Positions 26,375 through 36,681 of a stretch of DNA of 64,000 nucleotides are shown piece after piece. This DNA comes from Vezdaea acicularis (Eukaryota). The translations under genes and the position numbers were made by a program. Where the stretch lies: contig JAPEUI010000004.1 in the NCBI GenBank assembly GCA_026025075.1, positions 186,001 to 250,000 of the forward strand. Direction: 5' to 3'. The stretch's first letter is position 1. Each line of letters opens with the position of its first letter. The notes under the pieces were generated by a model. That model ran no database searches. It was not told the origin of the DNA and saw nothing but the letters and a program-made list of their open reading frames with translations.

Positions 26375-29300
26375 CTAAAAGCCGTAGTACCCCGCAGCTG
26401 TACGTGATCTGGCTAGGCTGGCAGCATAGCGCGAAGCCGCACGCCGAGGACTTCCGCGGTCACGATGAGTCTCGTAGTCAAGCTCGTATGCCTCCTCAAT
26501 CTCTGCGAGGGGTGTTCCACGGTCGTACTGGGATCGGCGTCGGCGTTGTTCGTCGCGATGATACTGTCCAGCCCTGGGGGCAAACAGACCTACGTTGAGT
26601 TTTGAGTTAGCTGAGGATAGCGGGGATCAAACTTGACAAGAACCCTACCAACGTGTTCAGCGTTCTCTACGCTTCGGCGCATTTTGCTTGGGTTATCAGG
26701 CCCAGGAAATGGAGCCTCTTTACCAGCATCAGAGCCAGTGCCTGTGTAAAATATCTTGAAGAAGTCAGCCTGCGTTGAGTAGTCTTATTGACTTGCTGCT
26801 AACCTTAGGACGAAAAGACGGACATTCAAGCATCACAGAGCTGTTTCGAAATTTCTGGACGAGGCAGTCTTTCCCTTGAATAGCTTGGAGCACCCATTAG
26901 TAAACATGGTCTGAGTGGAAATTTGTTAAAAATTACTAGCATAGGAGACCTCAGCCACTTTATCACTATTGAAACGATTCCTAAAAGGCGTTAGAAGATA
27001 GTGATCTGACTCACGGTGGGTAAGAAGATATCGAGTTTACGCACCATCGTCTCCCAGCCCGAGCTCTAACGAACTTTAAACCACTCAGCACAGATCAGAG
27101 TTGCAAAAGAAGCGCCGCTTACATCAATGATATCAACTGGCTAGAAAATCTGTCAGTAAATTCTCGTATAAAGCAAGGCTATTTTCTTACATCCACAAAA
27201 TTGATGAAAGCATAGCCCACGCTACGACCATCAGACCAAAGGACGAGAGGTTTTCTTCATCAAACTCACTTGCAGTTATTGGCAAAGTCTATCAAGCCGA
27301 AGTTTTAGCTTTTTGCGCTGGGCCCCTTGCTTTGATGGCTTGACTCACCAATACGCAGATACAAGAAGTCGTATTTCGCTGCGCTAGTCTCATCAATGAT
27401 ACTCCTCAATAGCGGCTGTGACCACGTTAGCTGAGAAACGCTAGACCGGGGGTCAATAGTGGAGAGCTGAGCACCTCTTCAATACGATTTGGGATGTTCC
27501 GGAGCATGATCTGGAAGGGTTCAGGATTAGCCTTCCATCGAGAATTTGAGGGGGTCGAGGCTCGATTACCGTTGTCCTGACGTCTAAGCCCTGGCTGATT
27601 CGTTCGATATCGACGACGTTGTGGTGACCAGACGAGTACTCATCTCGACGACTCGCTCTAGCACTACCACGCTGTTGAGGAGAATAACGGGCCCCTAGAT
27701 GACGCAATGACTCTAGGTATACCTGACCTTCCCCAATTGTACCAAGAGGGTCGAAGGTACCTCTCAAAGCTCGATGATGGTAGCTTACCTCGGGGGAATG
27801 ATGATAAGTAGCTCGACCATGCTGCGTCAGAATTTCGGTCGCACAGCTAGGAGCGGGTCGACCTGAGATAGGACGGAGTTCTTCGAGGGTGCCGTTCTGT
27901 AGGAGGTAGTTATTGTCGGAGGTATAAGGGTGAGAGTCGATGATTAGACTTCTATCGAACCGAGCGACGTTGGCGACACCAGGTCCGATTCTCATACGGT
28001 CCAATTCGTCGTATAGAGGTGAAGCCTCTTTAAAAAGATCAGAGGATCGACCACTACTGTTGTGCATGGAGACTTCGACGATGCAACTCTGTTTCGAAGG
28101 ATTTATTAGTAGGGTCCGATGGAAGCCGTTGATCGTTACGTAGAGACAGGAGGGTAATAAATCGTTGCGTTTTGACTTACATTAACTTTAAAGCCAGACA
28201 GAGCAGATATAGCACGACCAGCAGCTCTGAGGTCAAAGAAGTCTGCGCAGATGCGGACGCACCCAAGATTTTGTGATCCCAGAGCTTTGAAGCTATGAAT
28301 ATCCCCGTAGTTCATAAGGAGCTCTTGCAACAGTCTCTGAATTGCAGAAGAGTCAAATTCCTGAGCTCGACTAGTGTGAATTCCTGTAGCAATGACATTG
28401 GACCCCGTGGTAAAGGTGAATGCCCTTCCGGAGTGCTCCGGCGAAAGTTTCTTTATATAGGTTAGAACTAGGAAGAGATGGCTTTAAGCGGAACGAGAGT
28501 ATCTCTTACCAACGCGAATTGTACAGTCGAAGAGTAACCAACTTGCCATTCCGGGTGTAGGCTACGTGTCTCGGCAACGGCTTTCTGGGAGTCACGGATG
28601 TCCCAAAAGCCAACATACACTGTTCCGTGAATTGACAAGTCAGTGTAGACTGGTCCGACAACCGTTGGAAAGTTAGAGATCTGCAAAGCCAATCAGTAAT
28701 AAGCACTACCAAGCAAGATGGGGCTCATCATTCACCTTGAATAGAGTGGAAAGCTCATCTACTGTGACGCCCTTAACTCCGGTGAGTGTTATAGCGCGGG
28801 AGATGCTAGCTCCAATGCCATGAAAGACAGGGACAGGATACTTGGAGGAGCTTGCGCTTGTGCCAGAATAATACTGATGCTGATTAGAATCATGACTGGC
28901 ACTTGGCGAAGTAACGTTGCTTAAGGTTGCGTCATGGTTGGCGTAGTAACTTGCACCTGAGGTTTGTAAAGCCACAGACATCGGATGTCGGGAGATGTAA
29001 GGGTCTGAACCTCTAACAAAGGAACCGGGGGCCGCCGCTTCTGCATTCGCAGGTACCTTGTAGGATGACGCTGTGCTGGCAACGAGATGGTAATCGCCTT
29101 GGGGGGGGCGATAGCGAGCATCTCGAAGGCCATCGCTCAGGGCGAAGGGCGTGAAGGAGGAAGCCATTGGAGACAGCTTTTGTTCCGAAGACCTATTTCT
29201 AGCAAGCATAATAGATTCACCCCCTTTGAGCCGTGTTTCTTCAACATTACCCTCCACAAAAGGATCAACTGAAGCCGTTTCCCCTCCATTGATAAACCCA

Positions 29301-29485
29301 TGTAGGAAATATGTAGGGAGCTTCTGAAGAGCCGATGAGAGGTCGAGCAATGGCACCTTGGCTAGCTTAGGGGCACCTATAGTCGTCATACCGTCGGCAA
29401 TGTTGGGAGAGATAGCAGTAGCTTTGGTTTCTGGTGTAGAGCCATGGCCGGAGTGGCTTCCGTTGGAAGATTCGGGACTATCCAT
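26375..29485 (-). CDS. mei2: Mei2-like RRM protein (many short exons; 5' end uncertain, additional upstream exons likely)
   Basis: Mei2-type RRM3: VVDIERISQGLDVRTT/IMLRNIPN/YDFLYLRI/DFANNC/VGYAFINF/NRFNSDKVAE/IQGKDCLVQKFRNSSVM; tail PFPGPDNPSKMRRSVENAEHVG/LFAPRAG...RRRRSQYDRGTP. Confidence 0.85.
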
Positions 29486-31080
29486 CACAGAAATTTCTCC
29501 TGCAGGGGATAAAATAGCGTGTAAAACTTTAATGATGTAGGAATTAGCATGTTTCAAGACTTAGCGTGCACCTGGTTTTGAAAGTAGTGCCATGAGCACA
29601 ATCTAGCTGATTGAGTAACCATACCTTGCTACCAGATATCGATTGGATGGTCGACTTGAAGGATTATTTCCTATGGTCTTAAGTTAGTAAGGAAAAGTCA
29701 TGAAGACAGCCCAAATGAAGCAGGAGAAGGTGTAGAAAGGGATGGAAACAAAGAGAAAACCACAAAGCTGTGAATTAGAATAATCTCATATCCGGCTAGG
29801 CTAGGGTGCATTGTTCTGACGTCTAGATATTACTTGACCAAAGCGGCTTCCGCTAATTTTGGCCATTATGTATTCCTTTAAGAGAGTGCTAGAAGTGAGC
29901 ACACGGCTCCCACGGTAAGGAGAAGATCCCTCTCACGATAGAGCACAGAAGAGGGGGAAAGGGAGTAATAACAGAGGCGAACTTAAGACGTAGTCTTCCA
30001 GTGACATGCCAAGATCATCAGTGGAGGTCTCGTTCAGTGATAAGAGTCCCAAAAACTGAGGTCAAAAGAGGTTCCAGAATTGTTGCACGTATGAATCAAG
30101 AGGTATGAACGCTTGGGTACTTATGAGGTTGCAGAAGTCTTCGCAAGGCACCGGTTCATGAAAGAGCTGGTTTCACTTACTCAATTCTGCGTTACTTGAG
30201 ATCTCGGCAGATGGAAGAGATTTCCTTGGAGATAGAGGGCAGGATCTCGACACCTTGAAAGAGGAAGGTAAATGGAAGGTAATCCTTCGCAAGAGGTTGA
30301 TCGTAGTATGTAAGAGACAAAGAAAAGGCGTGGTTAGGAGAGCATTCCCGGAAAAAGAGAGGGTACGGTGCGTATAAGCGGAGAGGAGCGGGAAGACGGA
30401 TTTGTGGGAAGAGAGGTGGGAGAAATCGTCCAGTCCCAGAACGGAAGGGCATTCACAGGAGGGTCAGAACTGGAGGAAGCTGGGTCCCGAAGGCTAAGGG
30501 GGCTGAGCTCTCCATGTAGCCGGAGGTCCAACAGGGTTCACCACTACGGGCAGAAGACATAAGAAGGCGCGAGCGGGCCGTAAGAAAAGACCTATCGAGG
30601 AGTTGCCCTCCTGCGATAGGTCATGCGAAAACATAGCAGCCTTATCCGGCGCGGCTCCTTTCAATTTACTCTAGAGACTCTAATACGCAGTACTGGTCCA
30701 AAGGAGGCAACGGAGCATGGTCCCGGCTAACCTTTGGTGCGGGAATATTGGGGGTTGGATGCGGCCCCATCTCTGGAGATTTGGGCGACTCAATGGCTGA
30801 GTCTTTGGCGATGGCAGGCACAATAGGGTAACTGCTCGCCTAGGCTACAGTACCAGGTCAAAAGTCTGAATCCTTTAGCGAAAACACGCTTAAAATCGCC
30901 ATTTTTGACCTTTTGCAACTCACAATGTAAAATCGACCAATGCATAAGATACTCCAGAATTCAAGTGGCTAAACAAGAAATGGGCCTAGTTTATCTTATA
31001 ATTTATCTGAGTTGATTGATACACTGTCGCTGTGCATAGACCGCTGCAAACCCGGACATGAATTCATTTTATCGATCTGC

Positions 31081-31345
31081 TGTCATGATCCCGCCTTCCC
31101 GTGACCCAAAGCTACGACTAGCCTGCGCTACCCCTGCGTCACGTGACCACCGTCATATGGCAAAGCGGGGAAGCGCTGTAGAATAGCTCCTCAGTATTCA
31201 ATCGTATAGATACTTACTATTGACTACTAAACTATTCTATCCTCGATTGCGTACCGCCTGCGTGTCTACTGCGTGCCCACTGCGTTCCGCATCACTTATC
31301 CTGATTGATCCTAGCCGCTCCCTGCTCGTACGCTACATCCTTACA
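31081..31345 (+). repeat. 5' LTR (265 bp)
   Basis: TGTCATGATC...CATCCTTACA; identical by eye to 38869-39133. Confidence 0.96.
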
Positions 31346-31348
31346 ATT

Positions 31349-31358
31349 ATTGAATACT
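31349..31358 (+). promoter_or_regulatory. Self-priming (Tf1-type) primer-binding site
   Basis: ATTGAATACT is the exact reverse complement of AGTATTCAAT at 31193-31202 inside the LTR; no TGG-type tRNA PBS is present. Confidence 0.75.
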
Positions 31359-31388
31359 CCACCCTTGAGCAGCCGGCAGCAAGAGATC

Positions 31389-32582
31389 ATGACGGACATG
31401 ACCCCAATACCGACACGCAAGAGAGACGCAAGTCCCACGCAGGGCAGAGCATCGTCCGGTACTGCTCCTACCGCGGCCACTGCCTCAGAAGAGCAGGAGG
31501 GACGCAGGACTCCCGCATCCGATGAAGAGATGCTAGATCCTGAAGAACGAGAAGAGAGGATTGCCCAGATGCAGGCGGAGGCGTATGAAGTGGAACGGCA
31601 GCAGGAGTATCAGCGTCTGCTGCGCTCCAAGGAAAATGGCTACCTCTCTACGCAGGCTAATCCATTGCCTCGCCAGGGTGACGCAGGGGAGCCGCAGGGT
31701 AACCGCCGAGGCACAAGCCCTTTGCAAGCGGAGGTCGACGCAAAGCGTAGGAAGACTATCCGGGATGAGGAGAAGGATATACCTCTCCCCAGCGTCAAAG
31801 AGTACAAGGGGGAAAGCTATAAGGAGTTTAGGGACTGGGAAAGACAGTTGAAGGTTTGCTTCGAGACAAGGCCTACCTCTTTCGATCGAGACTCTCAAAA
31901 GGTCAGGTTCGCGCGGGGGAAGCTCACGGGCACCGCAGGCGAGGCCTGGACTCGGCTTGATGAGGGCAAAAGCTATACTTGGGCAGAATTTATCCAGTTT
32001 TTAAAGAAGCAAATCACCTCGGACGCTGGCGCTGCCCTTGGTGATCTGACCGGCTGGTGCAACTGCAAGCAGGGGGGCCGCACGGTCAGCGCAGTCGTCA
32101 ACGAGATTGACGACTTTGAGTCTCGAATGGAGCGATTCCCGGAGACCACTCGAATCAACATCCTCGTGTTGGCTATGCGAGCATCGCTCCGTAAGGAACT
32201 CATGAGGAATGGAGTACTCCCTACAACTAGGGAATCTGCCATCGCTCAAGCAATGACCCTTGAGACAGCGGAGCAGGAGGACCGCAGGCGGGACGCAAGG
32301 GAGCCGCTAGGGCGACAACCTACTTCGTGGAAGTGGAAGGCCCCAGAGAAGAATACTCCCAAGGCGAACCCTTACCCTGCGTCAGGCGTCAACGTGGAGC
32401 CACCCCGCAGTGCCTATGCTACCGAGTCCTTTGGCGCACGAGGGTCGGTCCCACCAAACACAGACCGCAAGAAGAATGCTACTTGCCACTACTGTAACAG
32501 GAAGGGCCATTATCAGGCGGAGTGCCGCAAGCTGCTCGCAGACACCAAGCAGTCGCCGCAAGTAAAAGAGCCCGGGTCGTAG
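31389..32582 (+). CDS. gag: Retrotransposon Gag
   Basis: Open frame with capsid-like region (QKVRFARGKLTGTAGEAW...TWAEFIQFLK) and CCHC knuckle CHYCNRKGHYQAEC. Confidence 0.92.
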   Translation: MTDMTPIPTRKRDASPTQGRASSGTAPTAATASEEQEGRRTPASDEEMLDPEEREERIAQMQAEAYEVERQQEYQRLLRSKENGYLSTQANPLPRQGDAGEPQGNRRGTSPLQAEVDAKRRKTIRDEEKDIPLPSVKEYKGESYKEFRDWERQLKVCFETRPTSFDRDSQKVRFARGKLTGTAGEAWTRLDEGKSYTWAEFIQFLKKQITSDAGAALGDLTGWCNCKQGGRTVSAVVNEIDDFESRMERFPETTRINILVLAMRASLRKELMRNGVLPTTRESAIAQAMTLETAEQEDRRRDAREPLGRQPTSWKWKAPEKNTPKANPYPASGVNVEPPRSAYATESFGARGSVPPNTDRKKNATCHYCNRKGHYQAECRKLLADTKQSPQVKEPGS

Positions 32583-35500
32583 ACGTTGCCTCCGTCCTAC
32601 TGACCCGCAATTCCAAGAAGGGAGCTCACACCATGTTTATCTCCGTTGAGATACGCAGAGGCAACGCTCCAGCCACGCTACTGAGAGCGTTGGTCGATTC
32701 AGGGGCTTCGTTGAATTTCATCTCGCAGCTAAAAGTTAAAGAGCTAGGTCTCAGGGGTAACGCAGACGCACCGCAGGGGATTCGCAGTCTTAGCGGGCAC
32801 CTCATCTCTACGTTTCAAACCCATGACCTCGAGACTCATATGGTAGATAGCAATGGCAAAGCCCGGCAAATGAAAGATGCCTATGTCGCCGCAAGTTTCA
32901 CTGGCTGCGATCTCATACTAGGGATAACGTGGCTACAGGAACAAGATCCGGATATCCGATGGGCGGCCGAGACGCTGGTTTGGAGGAAGAACCTCAGCCC
33001 GAATACGCCGAACGCTGTGGAGATACTCTCTCCAATTGCCTTCGCGGCTTGCATAGCCGAGGAAGGTTTGAGGCCATACCACATAACGGCCACGCAAGTG
33101 CCACGCACGGGTACCGCAGGCGGCCTATTTGGAACAACCACGGAGGCTCCCCTGCCTAAGGAGTACGCCGACTTCGAGCGAGTGTTCTCTGAGGAGGGCG
33201 CCAATGAATTGGCGCCCCATGGACCTCAAGATCATGAGATTGATACTCAAGGGGAACAGCCTCCATTCGGGCCGTTATATCCGCTATCGAATCTGGAGCT
33301 CAAGGCTCTTCGAGAATACATCAGCGACAACCTTGCGAGGGGCTTTATACACCCCAGCACCTCGCCTGCGGGGGCGCCCATCATCTTCGTCAAGAAGAAG
33401 GATGGCACCTTACGGCTTTGCGTGGACTATAGGGGGCTAAATAAGATCACCCTAAAGAACCGCTATCCCTTGCCCCTTATCGGCGAAGCGCTGGATCGGC
33501 TTGTAGGCGCCAAGGTCTATAGCAAGCTGGATATCCGTTCAGCGTATAACCTTATACGGATAAAGGAGGGCGATGAGTGGAAGACTGCGTTCCGCACGCG
33601 GTACGGACACTTTGAATATAAGGTGATGCCGTTTGGCTTAGCAAATGCTCCCGCCACCTTCCAAAGCTACATCAACTATGTCCTGCGCGATTTCTTAGAT
33701 GTCTTCTGCATCGCGTACTTGGACGACATACTGATATTCTCGGACAACCGAGACGAGCACACGCAGCAGGTACGCAGGGTCCTCGCACGCCTCTCTAAGC
33801 ATCGACTATTCGCAAGACTCGACAAGTGCGAGTTCTATGTGAAGCAAGTCGGCTTCGTAGGATTCGTCGTTCAACCAGATGGCGTGGCCATGGAGCAGAG
33901 CCGGGTCGCAACGATTCGAGACTGGCCTCTACCAAAGACTCACCGGGACATCCAAGTCTTCTTAGGGTTCGCAAACTTCTACCGCAGGTTCATCGCAGGC
34001 TACTCGCAGGTGGCACGACCCCTGAATGCGCTACTGCGGGACTCGGTAAAGGGGAAGTTCCCAGGTCGAACTCTAGTCATGTCCGAAGACGCTTTACGAG
34101 CGTTCGACGAGCTTAAGCAGTGCTTTGTGACTGCGCCAGTCCTGCGGCACTACGACCCGGAGTTGCACATTCAGCTGGAAACTGATGCGTCTAAGTACGC
34201 CATCGCCGGAATCCTTTCGCAGCAAGACGCAGTAGAGGCGCAGGCGCATTGGCGGCCGGTCGCCTATTGGTCTCGTGGGCTTAAGGAGGCAGAGCTGAAC
34301 TACGGGGTCGGAGACGCAGAGATGCTGGCTATCGTTGAAGCATGCAAGCAGTGGCGCCATTACCTCGAAGGGGCCACGCATGCGGTGCGCTGTATCACCG
34401 ATCATGCAAACTTGACTACGTTCCTAAGCACCAAGACCCTCAGGGGCAAATACGCCCGCTGGTGGGAGATACTATCGGCGCTAGACCTAGATATCTCCTA
34501 TCGAGCAGGGAAACTCAACCCAGCGGATGCACCATCTCGGCGACCGGACTACGAGGAGCGAGCCCGGCGTGAAGAAGCCGCCGCCCTCGAGCACACAACC
34601 GGCAACGCCACAGGAGAGTCGACGCCCGTAGACGTCGCATGCGTGATTGCTGCGGCCTACCTGCGGCGTGACCTTAGAGAGATAGCAGCTGATGAAGGAC
34701 CTATACGGTCAAGCGTAGCAGGTCCCAACGCTACATCCTCCCTTCGCGTGTGGGCCTCCTTCCGGCTTGCTAGAAGCGGCCGTCCATTGAAGGTGGTGCC
34801 TATCGGCGAAGTGCGAGAGAGCGCGAGAACAGAGAACGCATACGCAGACCCCACGCAGGAGTTTCGCGCGCTTGTCTCAAAGCTTCAGAAAGACAATGCG
34901 TTCGCACAAGAATTGATCGCCTTCCTGCTGGCCCCCGAGGGACGCCGGGTAGCCGGCGCCGGGGGTGCACAGGGGGACGCAGGCGTACCGCAAGGGGTAC
35001 CGCCTGGGGGCAAAGACCCCAAGTGGAAGGCTCATCAGGGGCTACTATTCCATGATACTCAGATATATCTGCCACCTCCCTCAAGGGGCGAGGCGATGCG
35101 GAAGAACCATGACGACCCCCACGCGGGCCACTTTGGATATCTCCGCACCTACGAAACAATAAGAAGAAAGTTCTATTGGCCAGGCATGTCAAAGGAGATC
35201 AAGCAGTATGTACGCACGTGTAACGCATGCGCGCGTATCAAGACTACGAGGCATCAGCCTTACGGGGAACTTCAGTCACTACCAGCACCGAAGGGTGTGT
35301 GGAAGGATCTTACCATGGATTTCATTACAGATCTGCCGCCTGCGGGACGCAGGGGTACCGCATACGACGCAATCCTGGTGGTCGTGGATCGCCATTCCAA
35401 GATGGCGCGATACATCCCCACGCGGAAGAGCTTGGACGCTGCGGGTCTCGCGGAGCTATTCTATGAGCACGTTTGGAGAGACTACGGGGTCCCAACGTCC

Positions 35501-36436
35501 ATCGTATCAGACCGGGGAACCCAGTTCACTTCGAACTTCTGGTCTACTTTCTGCTTCCAGCTGGGCATCCGGCGACGCCTGAGTACCGCTTTCCACCCGC
35601 AGACGGACGGGCAGACGGAACGCCAGAACCAAACCCTGGAGCAATACCTCCGTAGTTATATCAACTACCAGCAGGATGATTGGGTTGACTGGCTGGGGAG
35701 TGCTGAGTTTGCGTATAACAACAGCGTCCAGACCACGACGAAGCACACCCCCTTTTTTGCAGTTAGGGGTGATCACCCCAACACAGGCGATGAGATCCCG
35801 CGGGATGACTGCGACATGCCTGCGGTAGCCGTGCGTGTCGCTGCCCTTGTTGAACTACGGGAGGAGATGGCTAGGAATTGGCAGGCTGCGGTGAGGAAAC
35901 AGGCGGAATACTACGATTCCAGCCACAAGCCTATGGAATTCGCGATTGACGACAAGGTCTGGCTCTCCGGAAAGAACATCCGTACCGCGAGGCCATCCAA
36001 GAAGCTAGACCATAAATACTATGGTCCGTATCGCATTAAGGACGTAGTGGGGGAGCAGGCGTACCGCCTGGACCTACCGACAGGAACCAAGATACACCCC
36101 GTATTTCATGTGTCCTTGCTGAAACCTTACCACGCCAGCGAAGGCCGCAGCGATACGGCTGCGCTGCCCCTGCAAGTTCCTGGCGAGGAAGACCCAGTCA
36201 TCAGCGCCATCTTAGACAGCAAACTGCGTTATGGTAAACTGTATTACCTGGTGTCCTATGAGGACAGGACAGACGCCGAGAATCAATGGCTCGCCGCGGA
36301 TGATCTGGGAGCGGCGCAGGCGCTGCGCAGCATAAGCGCTGCTTTCCACGAGCGTTATCCCCTTAAAGCTGACAAACTGACAGAGGATCAATATCAGAGA
36401 GGGCCCAGGCAGAAACGCAAACGCGCAGTGAGATAA
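32522..36436 (+). CDS. pol: Retrotransposon Pol polyprotein (protease, RT, RNase H, integrase, chromodomain); -1 frame relative to gag
   Basis: ALVDSGA; LRLCVDYRGLN, MPFGLANAPATFQ, YLDD; ETDAS; HHCC zinc finger (HDDPHAGH...CNAC); MDF/SDRG/HPQTDGQTER; chromo-like ILDSK...YLVSY...ENQW. Confidence 0.96.
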   Translation: MPQAARRHQAVAASKRARVVDVASVLLTRNSKKGAHTMFISVEIRRGNAPATLLRALVDSGASLNFISQLKVKELGLRGNADAPQGIRSLSGHLISTFQTHDLETHMVDSNGKARQMKDAYVAASFTGCDLILGITWLQEQDPDIRWAAETLVWRKNLSPNTPNAVEILSPIAFAACIAEEGLRPYHITATQVPRTGTAGGLFGTTTEAPLPKEYADFERVFSEEGANELAPHGPQDHEIDTQGEQPPFGPLYPLSNLELKALREYISDNLARGFIHPSTSPAGAPIIFVKKKDGTLRLCVDYRGLNKITLKNRYPLPLIGEALDRLVGAKVYSKLDIRSAYNLIRIKEGDEWKTAFRTRYGHFEYKVMPFGLANAPATFQSYINYVLRDFLDVFCIAYLDDILIFSDNRDEHTQQVRRVLARLSKHRLFARLDKCEFYVKQVGFVGFVVQPDGVAMEQSRVATIRDWPLPKTHRDIQVFLGFANFYRRFIAGYSQVARPLNALLRDSVKGKFPGRTLVMSEDALRAFDELKQCFVTAPVLRHYDPELHIQLETDASKYAIAGILSQQDAVEAQAHWRPVAYWSRGLKEAELNYGVGDAEMLAIVEACKQWRHYLEGATHAVRCITDHANLTTFLSTKTLRGKYARWWEILSALDLDISYRAGKLNPADAPSRRPDYEERARREEAAALEHTTGNATGESTPVDVACVIAAAYLRRDLREIAADEGPIRSSVAGPNATSSLRVWASFRLARSGRPLKVVPIGEVRESARTENAYADPTQEFRALVSKLQKDNAFAQELIAFLLAPEGRRVAGAGGAQGDAGVPQGVPPGGKDPKWKAHQGLLFHDTQIYLPPPSRGEAMRKNHDDPHAGHFGYLRTYETIRRKFYWPGMSKEIKQYVRTCNACARIKTTRHQPYGELQSLPAPKGVWKDLTMDFITDLPPAGRRGTAYDAILVVVDRHSKMARYIPTRKSLDAAGLAELFYEHVWRDYGVPTSIVSDRGTQFTSNFWSTFCFQLGIRRRLSTAFHPQTDGQTERQNQTLEQYLRSYINYQQDDWVDWLGSAEFAYNNSVQTTTKHTPFFAVRGDHPNTGDEIPRDDCDMPAVAVRVAALVELREEMARNWQAAVRKQAEYYDSSHKPMEFAIDDKVWLSGKNIRTARPSKKLDHKYYGPYRIKDVVGEQAYRLDLPTGTKIHPVFHVSLLKPYHASEGRSDTAALPLQVPGEEDPVISAILDSKLRYGKLYYLVSYEDRTDAENQWLAADDLGAAQALRSISAAFHERYPLKADKLTEDQYQRGPRQKRKRAVR

Positions 36437-36681
36437 CGCGGGACCCATGCAGGCCCCGCGCTGGCTCCATGCCGGCGCCTCCGCGCTACTCACAATTTCT
36501 CCCTTAAAAGGATCGAAGCGCTGACGAGACACGAGGAAGCTACAAGGCGGATGTGGGCGGTCAGGCACGGGAGTTGGGGACAGATAAGGGGAGAGAAAAG
36601 TAATCTATGGAGCTAGCTAAGCAATCTGAGCAATCTAAGTAATCGGAGCTATCTAAGCTAAAGCTGCGAGGCAACTGCTAC

